Positions 13,497 through 25,194 of a DNA stretch of 64,000 nt are shown here, one piece after another. The position numbers and the translations under genes are program-made. Positions within the stretch are counted from its first letter, which is position 1. Each line of letters opens with the position of its first letter. The notes beneath the pieces are model-generated. The model worked only from the letters and a program-made list of their open reading frames with translations. It was not told where the DNA came from and searched no databases. The DNA is from Ruditapes philippinarum (taxonomy: Eukaryota): positions 1-64,000 of the forward strand of contig NW_026855956.1 in the NCBI RefSeq assembly GCF_026571515.1, in the 5' to 3' direction.

Positions 13497-13801
13497 NNNN
13501 NNNNNNNNNNNNNNNNNNNNNNNNNNNNNNNNNNNNNNNNNNNNNNNNNNNNNNNNNNNNNNNNNNNNNNNNNNNNNNNNNNNNNNNNNNNNNNNNNNNN
13601 NNNNNNNNNNNNNNNNNNNNNNNNNNNNNNNNNNNNNNNNNNNNNNNNNNNNNNNNNNNNNNNNNNNNNNNNNNNNNNNNNNNNNNNNNNNNNNNNNNNN
13701 NNNNNNNNNNNNNNNNNNNNNNNNNNNNNNNNNNNNNNNNNNNNNNNNNNNNNNNNNNNNNNNNNNNNNNNNNNNNNNNNNNNNNNNNNNNNNNNNNNNN
13801 N
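13497..13801. other. Assembly gap (N run)
   Basis: 305 N. Confidence 1.
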
Positions 13802-13849
13802 TCCAGCCGATTTCTTTAGCATCCGTTATAATTACAGTGTATCGAATTT

Positions 13850-14830
13850 GTACGTAGTTTTACGGTTAAATCAATTTGAATTAATATTTAATTTATTGGT
13901 CGGCAGTTTTTGTTTTTGTTTTTTTTTACTTGGCATAGATTAAAATATGAATAGCAATTTCACGGCAAAATATAATTTTCTCTATATGTTTAACTGGTCT
14001 GCATTTTCTCGTCTGAATGTAGAGAGCATTAAATTTGCTGACCATATAGAATAAGAAGAGTTTTACGGCTTAAATCAATTTGAATTAATGTTTAATCGGT
14101 GCGCAGTTTATTTACTTAATTCAATGGTCGACATGATTTTATACAATATATTAAACTTGCAGACATTACAAAATTAATAACAATTTCACGGCAAAATATA
14201 TTTTTCTCTATATATCTAACTAATCAGCATTTTCACTGTATGTCTAACTGGTCAGCAGATTCTACTATATATTTAACTGGTCATCATTTTCTCGCCTGAA
14301 TGTAAAGAGCATTTGCTGACCATATTGAATAAGAAGACTTTTACGGCTTAAATCTATTTGAATTGATATTTAATTGGTCAGCAGAATTTTTTTACTTAAT
14401 TAAAAGGTCGACATGATTTTATACAATGTATAAACATTGCATATATAAATGAATAGCAAGTTCACGGCAAAATATCATTTTTCTATATATATCTAACTGG
14501 TCAGCATTTTCAATATATGTCTAACTGGTCAGCATTTTCCCTATATATCTAACTGGTCAACATTTTCGAGTATTACGGCTTGAATCAATTTGAATTAATA
14601 TTTAATTGGTCAGCTTTTTTTACTTTTTAGATTGTCGACATGATTTTATACACTATATGTTAAACTTGCGGACATTATAAAATGAATAACAATTTTACGG
14701 CAAAATATATTTTTCTCTAAATAACTTACTGGTCAGCATTTCCCCTGTCTATCTAACTGGTCAGCAGATTGAATAACAATTTCACGGCAAAATATATTTT
14801 TCTCTATATATCTAACTGGAGAGCATTTAA
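13850..14830. repeat. Complex degenerate tandem repeat (~200-280-bp units with internal TAACTGGTCAGCA subrepeats) between TRAPPC8 and GABARAPL2
   Basis: TTACGG..AATCAATTTGAATTAAT anchors at ~13860, 14063, 14341 and 14573. AATTTCACGGCAAAATATA occurs about 5 times. Confidence 0.85.
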
Positions 14831-15461
14831 TATCATATTTTGGACTGTTTATTGTATTTTGTCATAGACAAATCAAGAATGACACGTGTGAAATTTCTTT
14901 AAACTAATATATGACATTGGGGCATGTCTATCACGATATTGTGTATTTTGTTGGTGGAACCTACAGATAACGACGAAGTTTTACGTGCAATTTTCATTTA
15001 TTTTCCTGTCAGAGTTTCTAAAGAATAGCTAGTTCATAAAAAAAACAGAATGTGCAATTACTCCATTAAATAATTAATTTTCCGGCTAATCACAATTGAT
15101 AAAAAAGAAAAAATCATGTTATTGTTCATGCAATTTTAATTCAGATTTGCACCAAATACGAAATAATCATTATAAATCGTTAAAATATACATTAGTATAT
15201 GTATATATTGTATCTATGATGCATAGTTTTATACGTATTTGAAAAAAAATCGTGATATTTTTTATGTAAGTACACAATATTATGACTACATTATTTAAAT
15301 TTTAACCAATATATAACACAAAGAAGACAATTCATTAACATACTAAAATAAAATATTAATTATATATCAATAGAAATTGAGAAATATATCAATTACAGCA
15401 ATTTCCTATATATTCTATATCGTCAGCTAATTTGTCAGCAGTTTAGTATCGCCTCCATACT

Positions 15462-15471
15462 GTGACGTCAC
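15462..15471. promoter_or_regulatory. CRE-type palindrome GTGACGTCAC ~50 bp upstream of the GABARAPL2 ATG
   Basis: Perfect TGACGTCA core extended to a 10-bp palindrome at a promoter-proximal position. Confidence 0.5.
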
Positions 15472-15521
15472 TTATCAAAATAAATAAGAAATTTAGGTCA
15501 CTTTACGAATATTGTTCCAAA

Positions 15522-18500
15522 ATGAAATTCAAGTTCAAGGAAGAGCACACATTTGGTAGGTTTTCTATTCCCCCTGCGTATAAAATCATCCTTACCGATT
15601 TTACTGTCCCGGTGCCATTTTTACATCACAATAAAGATAATTTTAAAGGGGTCATGATCATGGTCACTTGACATGAATTTCCATTTTCTTTTCTAGATTT
15701 TCTGTTGTCATTTTAACTTTATCTTGGAATTTTCAAGTGCAAGAACAATATTTCTGGTTTTTTTTTCTGTTTTATACTCAAATTAGAAATTATGATCTAA
15801 TAAAATGCTACATGTGTACATGTACATCATAATTATTGAATTTTGTCATCAATTGTTCATAATTTTCTTAATAATAAGAATTAATTTGGGAAATCCTGTC
15901 ATTAAACTGTCCAAACACAACTGATAATCACAGCAATTCCACTCTCGGAGAATAAAAGGGAATTAGACTTCTGTCAAACTAAGGCAAAGTTCCTGCAAAG
16001 TGATGCACATGCCGTGACATGGGAGACAAGACACTTCATCCCCTGGGCAGGCACCTAAGTCTTAGCCACTTAAATTTGTAGACATTTAGCCCCTCAAGAC
16101 ACTTCTGTACCTGAAATCTGTAAGACATTTGACACCTCAACCCTATTTATTCTAGAGTAAATATTTCAACAACAATTATGCCCTTGTTATGTTAATTTTT
16201 TTACTTTAGAATATGTAACTCCAGGCATTTTTAAGTATATTTATAAAATATAACATACATGTACTGGTCGGGGACCATCAACCGGACACTTTTTGAACAT
16301 TTTTGCGTACAGAATTCATAATTTTTAACCTAGAGACCAAAAAAATTGACATGGTTCAGCTAGGTTCTTCTCCTAACTAACAAACTAGTTTGTTTATTTC
16401 TGATTGTATTAACACTTATATCTGAGGCTCGACAAGGAGGGTATCAAAATTACCTAAATTGTCTACACTACAGTACCATGTGTCTCCGGACAGATATGTA
16501 CATTACATGATTTAATTCAGATAAAAGCTTGGGTGTTTTGATTTTTAACATGATATACATTATTTCAGCAACAAATGCTGAAGTTTTGGATATATTCTAT
16601 TGTTTACTCTGCAAATGATAATAGCTGGTATATGAGGTCAGGCATTGCTTTCGTGACCCCCAAATTTCAACGTAAACATTCTTGAAATAGACATTAAAAT
16701 ATTACCATTTACGGAGGTTGAAATAAATTTATTGGCTTAATTTTAGAAGAAACATGAACGAAGAAAATACTATATTAAGCATTTTGATGGTTGTCCGGGT
16801 TTGGTGGTCCCCAACCAGTAAGCATAATTTATAAATTATATCACGAAAGACAATTTAATTACAGTTACATGAACCATATAACATAAAACTTTTTATAACA
16901 ACATGTAATCATAACAAAACGAAAGAAAAATAAACATGAGAGAGAGCTTTGTATAATTGCTGACAAATATAATTATGTGTGTTTCAACATGAACAGTAAA
17001 CTGTCAAGGAACAAGAATAAGGCAGTGTGAAAGAAATTAAAAGTACATGTATCATCATAAAATTTAATCTTGGAAAAATCACAGATTTTAAATTCATGCA
17101 TGAGTGACAGTGATTTTTCTGCTTATATAACAGACTCCGAAAAAGGGCCTCTTCCCAATTGAAATTTTCTTTAAAATCATGCAGTTTTCCCAAAAATCTG
17201 AATTTAAACCTGGTTTTTTGGTTCCCAAATTAGCAATTTTAGGGATAATTTTTCCCAAAATCAAGAGGCTAAGGCCAGTCTTCCCATTTAAGTGAGAAAA
17301 ATCACTGAGTGATAAACAATAAAATATTTTGATATGTGAACCTTTCATTGCAAGTTTAGAAATTACAATAATAAAAATATTTTAGAAAGAAAATATGTTC
17401 ATTTAATAATGACCATTTTTATTTGCTCTAGCCAGATTTCAAAAACATCCAGCCCTTTTTTAAGAAAAAAAAAACAAAAACAACATTGTTACAACAATAT
17501 TTCTATTTTATTAATATGTCTACATAAATAAATTTATAATACATGTGTATATAATAAAAAACAAATTAAAACAACAAATATATTTAATCACATAGATTAC
17601 AAAGTTCTCACATTTTTCAACATTTTTTATATGAAACGCTTAATCAGAAAATGAGGGGTGAAGTGTATCAGATTTCATAAAAAGAGAGGTGAAGATTCTG
17701 CCAAAACTGACTTTGGGTGAACTGTCTGTAAATCACATCTAGTAAATGTCATGTGCTATTATACTATTTAACTAGTTCAAAATCACTGTAAGCCTATTTC
17801 AGAGTTTTTAACATACACTATATTAAACTCTCTGTCTCTGAAAAAGTGTTGTAATAACTATTGTATCATAGTTTGGGGACATTGCTGTTGAAAATGTGTC
17901 AGAGTTAAATCGTATACATAATACATGCACATTGCGTTAACTGGAGCGCAGGTATTAGTTACCCTGCAGAGCATGCTCATTGATTGGTTCATTTTGTCTG
18001 GGGTTTACACATTGTGATGACGGGGAAAGGGAAAGCGATAGAAATATTATTTTCAGATGCTCGTTCATTGGTTCCTTTTTTCTGGGGTTTCATATTGTGA
18101 CATCAGGGAATGTGTTTTTATTTTTGACTATGATACAAAAGAGAAAGAACATCAAAACACTCGGCAATCTGATTTATACTCATTTATCTGATTTATACAA
18201 ATCAGATAGCCTCGTGTTTCGATGCTCTTTCTATTACATATTCAACCCATCACTTGTCAGACTAATATTCGACTTTTCACTTGTTATACTAATATTCGAC
18301 TTCTCACTTATTATACTTATATTCAACTTCTCACACTAGACATTGGATACTGTTACAGCATATATACTAATATGCTAAAAGTAAATTCCGTTACAATTCC
18401 TCATATCATTCAAAATATATGACATATACTAAATTCCTGTACAATTACCTTGTCTCGACATTGCATTTATAATAATCATATAGTATTTGTACTGCTTATT

Positions 18501-21500
18501 GAAACTAGTTATAACAGTGGTATTAATTTATTAGTATCTATTTGCCACATTTCCCCTTCTTTCTTGAGGTTTGCTCAAGAAATAAGAGGGCAATATAACA
18601 TTTTACTGTTGCATAACCCTTAACTGCACAGGGCCAAATAACCCTTCTTTGTAGAGGCCTAATAAAGACTGCTTCCATAACCAAACTAAGCTCTTTTTTC
18701 CCCAGTTTGGTCCTCAAAATTCCCCAGTCTTTTGAAATTTTGATAGAATTTTGAACAAAATAAATGATGGTGTTGAATTAAGGTCTTTTACTGCCTTATT
18801 AGTATTTCCAAGTGCTTTTTGCTTTTCTATTTTGAAGAACTTGTTATAAGTTTGTGTTAAATTTGAGACCCTTTTCCCTAAGTATGCCAAAATCACGCAT
18901 ATTTTCCCCAAGAAAAAGGCTGAGGCCCCTTCCCCAAAAATGGTGTTTTGGCCCTGCTGCATTACATAGATATAAAAACAAGCGTAATATTTATTTCAGA
19001 TCAGAGGAAGGCAGAATCAACAAAAATAAGAGACAAGTACCCAGAGAGAATCCCGGTAATAGAATTTTTACTATTTGATTATACATGAATTAGCTATTGA
19101 ACAATGCTTGAATTAGAATTTTAATTATGCTCAGGACGATATTCATTAGAATCTTCCTTTACTAGGAACCTTATTGAAAGAATGATTCATAAATTATGTG
19201 AACCTGAATTATGTCCATGTTACTGCTAAACACAGATACTAAGGAAACTGGATAATTTATTTATACACCCAATCTGTATCACATTGTTTCATGTAAGAAG
19301 GAATGACTGCAAAACTGTTTTTATTTTCTATAATTTTTTTTATCCCTAATACCAATAAAGAAAAAAGTAATTTAATTTGCATATTAACACAATTAATTTT
19401 TTATATATATTTGTTCACATGACAAAAGTTTTAGTTATTTAGAGTACTTTTTTAACTGACAAATCTAGAAAAAAAAAAGAAAAAAAAAGAAGAGAAAAAA
19501 CAATATTTCTTGGAAAAAAATTATGTTGTACAACTTGTGATTTATAAGAAACATATTTATACAGCAACGTTTTATCTACATGTTTATTTAAGGATCATAA
19601 ATTTTGCTATTACATGATTGTATATTTTTTTCACTCAGGTGATTGTTGAGAGAGACCCGAAGTCACAAATTCAAGACATAGACAAAAGGAAGTTTCTGGT
19701 ACCAAATGATATTTCAGTTGCTCAGTTTATGTGGATAATAAGAAAGAGGATACAATTGCCTTCAGAAAAAGCCATATTCCTGTTTGTTGAAAAAGTTCTT
19801 CCACAGTCAAGGTAATTTTAATCTCGTTTTTTACAGGCAATTTTTCCAAAACTTTGTTCATACAAAATTACATTTACTACTTTTGACTCCACGCCTCATT
19901 GACTAACCAGTGCCGCCGCCATTACCATATATAGTTAAATCACAGAGTTGGAAAGACCCCCTGACAGTAGAATCTATCTTTGGTGCAGGCAAGTGATTTG
20001 AAATCAGTGTCTGTCAGTATCTTTCTTGTAAGAAAGCTACCCAACGATCTTATAAATGTTTAAGGCTATAACTCGTACACATGTGCCTGTTTATGTATGA
20101 AATAATGCACTTGAACAAAATGAGGACATTTATTTTAAGGTCTTCTGCCAAAAGAGCTAACAAAAAAGATGTACATTTACATGTATGTCTTTCTAAATGA
20201 TTCCTCCACCCCATCCCCCCCCCCCCCCCCCCTTCTATAGCTGGCCGAGTGGCTGTTTATAGTCTGCTTCGCCTCAGGAATATTCTTTAAAAACATGCAG
20301 TTTTCTCCCTTTAATTTACATCAAGGGTTTTTTCCCCTGTTGTTGCAAAAATTAAACCAAATTTAAGGATATGGCCACTTTCCCTTTCTTTGTAAAAAGC
20401 TCTGTATGACTACACTTTGGAAGTACATCCCTGTTGCTAAGGCCTATGTCCTATTTGTTCTTTGAAGCACATTGATTAATACTGTAAAAAGGTCAAGTCA
20501 TTGTTTTTGCACTGGGAAACACATGTAACTGTGTACACACATGTATATTATAACAGTAACTAGATTTGTCAATAATAATGTCATACATAATTATTATTAT
20601 TACATGTATGTTTCATTTGATGACAGTCAAAGGCAATAGTTTGAAGGAATTTTTTAGTTGATAGTACATATTGTTTAAATTTAATCAAACTGTCAACTTT
20701 CTCAATAAAGACTTAGAATTTTTATACGCAGTGCCAGGGATTTTTTTATTTTTATCTATTTCCAATTCATTGAAGTGAATTGTCAACTTTTCAAGACATA
20801 TTAATGTGTCATCTGTCACCTTTGGGTCATTAACTTTTAAACTTTTAGTATATTCACTGTATTTATATAAGTGTAAAGATGGTTAATGTTATTGTAAGTA
20901 CATCATGTAACATGTACAAGATAAAAGGTCATCCTAGGTCAAGTGAATAAAGGTCACTAACCTAGAATCATGTGCACGTGACTGCAATGGGTTTGAATGT
21001 AGTACAAAGATGTTGAATAATATACATGTATTATGTGAGGAAGTTGTGCAGCTCTTGAAAATGTTGATAATCAACTGGTATCTACTGGTTTCAATGTCAT
21101 GTTGAAATATTGCAGGGACGGGCTCTAGAGGTCTTCTAAATTCTTGGGAAAGTACAGTGTTAACATCACCTAAAACCTCAAACTAAATAATTATTGGCAA
21201 TATCTTCAGTTCTGTTGTTGACTGTTTAGTAATAATATTTTATTGTTATGAATGATGTTTCTAAATCATTACATTGATATATTCCAATACAAACATGTGT
21301 TACAATTTGTACTGTTAAAACTTTGTTCTCATTGTTGTAGAGTGCCTCTCCCCTTTTCTAGATTTTTATACTTCACAACAGCAGGTGTCAATTTGCTGTG
21401 TAGCAGCAGTTATGTTACCCATAATTCACTTCAGTATTACTAAATTTTTCTGGTCCTTTGGTATCATACTTAAATCATGTTGAAGATTGAAAACCACTTG

Positions 21501-22615
21501 AACTTGACCTTGTGTATAAAGGGGACATGAGGGATATTGTACTTTCAATTTTCTACCATTGAGCAGACTCAATTATACCAAGTCGGCAGATTTCACTTTA
21601 AAACTTTGTTTTCATTGTTTCTAGAGATCTCTTTATTTAGTGTTTTTTCACCTTATATAATAGAGGCCTGTAAAATTATGGACTCTTCCTAATGGAAATT
21701 TCTTTAAAATCATACAGTTTTTTCCAAAATATAAACTTACAACAGCTTTGATACTTCCCAAATTAACAATTTTAGTGATACATGTAGCTTTTCCCAAAAT
21801 CAAGAGCTTTAAAGGGCCACTTCCCAATTAAGTGAGAAAAACCACTGCTTTTTTCCAGATTTTTTATGTTTGATTATCATCATCTAACATAATATTGTGA
21901 AATATTTCAGCGTGAGCATGGGATAATTATCTAACATAATATTGTGAAATATTTCAGCGCGAGCATGGGATAATCATCTAACATAATATTGTGAAATATT
22001 TCAGCGTGAGCATGGGATAATCATCTAACATAATATTGTGAAATATTTCAGCGCGAGCATGGGATAATCATCTAACATAATATTGTGAAATATTTCAGCG
22101 CGAGCGTGGGATAATCATCTAACATAATATTGTGAAATATTTCAGCGCGAGCATGGGATAATCATCTAACATAATATTGTGAAATATTTCAGCGTGAGCA
22201 TGGGATAATCATCTAACATAATATTGTGAAATATTTCAGCGTGAGCATGGGATAATCATCTAACATAATATTGTGAAATATTTCAGCGTGAGCATGGGAT
22301 AATCATCTAACATAATATTGTGAAATATTTCAGCGTGAGCATGGGATAATCATCTAACATAATATTGTGAAATATTTCAGCGTGAGCATGGGATAATCAT
22401 CTAACATAATATTGTGAAATATTTCAGCGCGAGCATGGGATAATCATCTAACATAATATTGTGAAATATTTCAGCGTGAGCATGGGATAATCATCTAACA
22501 TAATACTGTGATATATTTCAGCGCGAGCATGGGTCAGGTTTACGAAGAACATAAAGACGAGGACGGTTTCTTGTACATAGCATACAGTGGGGAGAATACA
22601 TTCGGAGAAAATTAA
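15522..22615 (+). CDS. GABARAPL2: GABA(A) receptor-associated protein-like 2 (GATE-16, ATG8 family), 118 aa, 4 exons
   Basis: Exons 15522-15555, 19000-19055, 19639-19811 and 22522-22615 splice in frame to [118 protein letters not shown]. The [22 protein letters not shown] motif is typical of GABARAPL2, and Gly116 for lipidation is present. Confidence 0.96.
16262..16820. mobile_element. MITE with imperfect TIRs (TACTGGTCGGGGACCA / TGGTCCCCAACCAGTA), probable TA TSD (GABARAPL2 intron 1)
   Basis: Inverted ends of ~25 bp seen directly. Confidence 0.7.
17108..17307. mobile_element. MITE, 13-bp TIR CAGTGATTTTTCT, 5-bp TSD AGTGA
   Basis: Perfect TIRs with AGTGA on both flanks. Related copies at 21638-21847 and 45346-45600. 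Confidence 0.82.
18260..18335. repeat. 27-bp tandem repeat x3
   Basis: ACTAATATTCGACTTTTCACTTGTTAT repeated with minor variants. Confidence 0.8.
18629..18956. mobile_element. MITE, TIR CAGGGCCAAA, 5-bp TSD CTGCA
   Basis: 10-bp perfect TIRs with CTGCA on both flanks. Ends 43 bp before GABARAPL2 exon 2. Confidence 0.8.
21638..21847. mobile_element. Copy of the 17108-17307 MITE family
   Basis: Shares internal sequence (TTTCCCAAAATCAAGAG, TTAAGTGAGAAAAACCACTG). The left TIR is degenerate and no clean TSD is visible. Confidence 0.7.
21879..22533 (+). repeat. 47-bp tandem array (14 copies) of the GABARAPL2 intron 3 branch point, acceptor and exon 4 start
   Basis: Unit ATAATCATCTAACATAATATTGTGAAATATTTCAG|CG(T/C)GAGCATGGG. 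Post-acceptor starts fall at 21911+47n (n=0..13); the last (22522) is the real exon start. Confidence 0.97.
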
Positions 22616-24720
22616 ATCATACAGGACAATTGTTTGTTGTGATATAGTATAATTTTTGTTATATATTTGGGGGTATCATCTCTGTAAATCGTAAATCGCT
22701 GTAAAGAAATGGTTGCTTCTCTAAATTCATTATTCTGGTAAAATGTTGCACTATTCCCATTGTAACTTGGAAGAGATTTTGCATTCATTTTTTGAAAATT
22801 TTTACTTTTTTTTTTCTTTGATAAAATCATGTATTTTTTACTCAGTATTTGGTCTTAATTAAGATTAGAAGATTATATATGGCCAAAATGTTTTAGAATT
22901 AGTTATCAGCACATTTATTTTCTGTCTTGTATCGGGCATGGCTTCGAGATATGATTTTTTTTTTTTGGCACAAATGTTATTTTAAAAAGATGAACATTAG
23001 TCATTTCATAAGTAATACTTGATTTTTGATGTTGTTTTCATTAAACGCTTGCCTTTTTTGTGATTTTTTTTTGTTAAATATAAATATAGACTTGTTATGA
23101 TAAAGATTTTTGGAACAATTTTATGCAAGAGTTTTTTTTGTTTGTTTTGTTTTCTTCTCTGTAGTATTAAAAGTATTTTTTACTCTGTCCTGTGAACATT
23201 TATTACTATCTGTTTTGTTTTTTTCAATACAATTCAGATTGTTTATTTCATCATTTGTATTAGTCTGTTTAGTTTTGTACTTTAGAACAAATTTTTAAAT
23301 ATAGTACAAACTGTATATACTAGGCCAAGTTACAAACCTATTGTATCAGAATTCAGATATCAAGAAATACTAAAGATGAATTTATTATCAAGTGGAAGAA
23401 ACAGTCAAGACGGTATAAGTTTAAAGGTTTTATTTAATGATAATAAACAACTACGGTATTCCACCCTCACGAGTCTTGATCACCTCACCGTTGTAAAATA
23501 TCAGGATACATATATATAGAAATCAAAGTCTTAACGTATAAAAATTTGTTATATTTATAGTCACATGATTTGTTCTTAAAATAAATTTTAGGTCATTTCA
23601 GATATCAGAAATTTTAAAATGTTTATTTGTTTTGTCTGAGACATGAGCTATAAATAACTCATGAGCTATAAATAACTCATGCAGATGACATCATTATTAA
23701 CTCTTTAATCAGATGATTTTTTTGCACTCACTTTTTTGTTATCATTGAAAGGTACATGGATTTTTTCTCACTTTTTTTTTCAATTTAATTTACTGAATCT
23801 GTATATTCCTAGGGTTATATTTAGTTGTTTTGATCATGTGTAATTTGGTAAAAAAATGCATTGTATGATTTACTAGTAAATGGTTGCACAGTTGTATATG
23901 CTTCCAAGAATTTTACCAAACACTGTAAAGCTCTCCAAATACAAAGACCCTGACCAATCCAATAAAACTTGTATGATTTGATTTTAGTACTAATTTGAAA
24001 TTGAGCAATAAAATTGTTGTATTTTTTAGACTGGATTTCAGTCTTAGATCACATTTCAGTTTTGTATTGCACTGAGGAAATTGTAATGTGCCGGTATATA
24101 AAGCTAAAGGGAAGAAATTGTGTTACATGAAACACATTTACTGTTGTTAAATTGGCTTTAATTAAGTTTTCTTATGAATTGTAAGCATAGTTCTCTCCCT
24201 TGACTGTGTGAAATGTGAACTCTGCACAGTTTTCTCCCTTGCTATGTGAAACTGTAAATTCCATGCAAAAAATGTGAAATGTTTACCCCATACAGAATTT
24301 TCTCCCTTGCTATGTAAAAATGTGCTATACATGTATGTGAAATTTAAGTAGCTTTATCTATATTTTATGTGGATTGTTGGTGTAATTGTTTTAAAAGCAT
24401 TGGAAAAAAAGGCATTTCACTTCAGATAAATCGTTAATAGGAAGACTAAGTTAAATTCATACATGTTAAAAGAAATTATCACATTTTTATTTTCTTGGAA
24501 CCTTCCTACCTTATGGTAATGTTGGAGATAAGAGACTTAATACTTCCAGTTTGTTGGTGAAGTGTTTGGATGATTGTTAAATAATTTATATAATTAGCAT
24601 TTGAAGTGAATATCTCTAATTGTAATTTGAACGTAGTTATAAAATGAAAAATAAATCATTGCAGACCTTCACAGGGAAACGCCTTCTATAATTGAAAAAG
24701 AAAACATTACAGGCCTTTAA

Positions 24721-25087
24721 AGTGACACGCCTGCAGATGAATAAAACAATCACTAAGAAATATTTATCTATAGTATAGGAAACATATATATATATTATAA
24801 ATATTCACTAGCCTGGTTAAACTTTGAAAATATAACATAAAATATGACAGAAACAATACTTTAGCCAGTAAAATTCTACCCTGTCAGTTAGCAAAGATAT
24901 CTGGATATTTTGACATGTAATAAGTAATTTCTGTGAATTTTTTTCCCAAGGCTAGATCAGATCATATAATTTGTACACTTGACAACTTTTTACTCATTAG
25001 ATCAAGTTTATGACATTTTGCTAATAAGAACAATTTTTTTTTTAACCTTTCATTAGGAAATAAACACAAATCTGGAGGTGTGCTGCT
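24721..25087. mobile_element. TTAA-flanked MITE (Kolobok/piggyBac-like target)
   Basis: TTAA|AGTGACACGCCTGCAGAT ... ATCTGGAGGTGTGCTGCT|TTAA, imperfect 18-bp TIRs. Confidence 0.55.
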
Positions 25088-25194
25088 TTAAGCCATTTAC
25101 TGTACATGTATTTACAATACTGATCTACAAAATCAGTGCTACTTTTTTCAATCTCTTAGCTGAGCGATGTAGACATCTGACTGCTGAATGATTT

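Noticed and set aside
13451-13943. ORFs spanning the N gap (also 57493-57972)
   Set aside because: Artefacts of translating through Ns.
21879-22533. Regular 47-bp array as a CRISPR array
   Set aside because: No unique spacers, eukaryotic context and no cas genes; it is a head-to-tail duplication of a splice junction.
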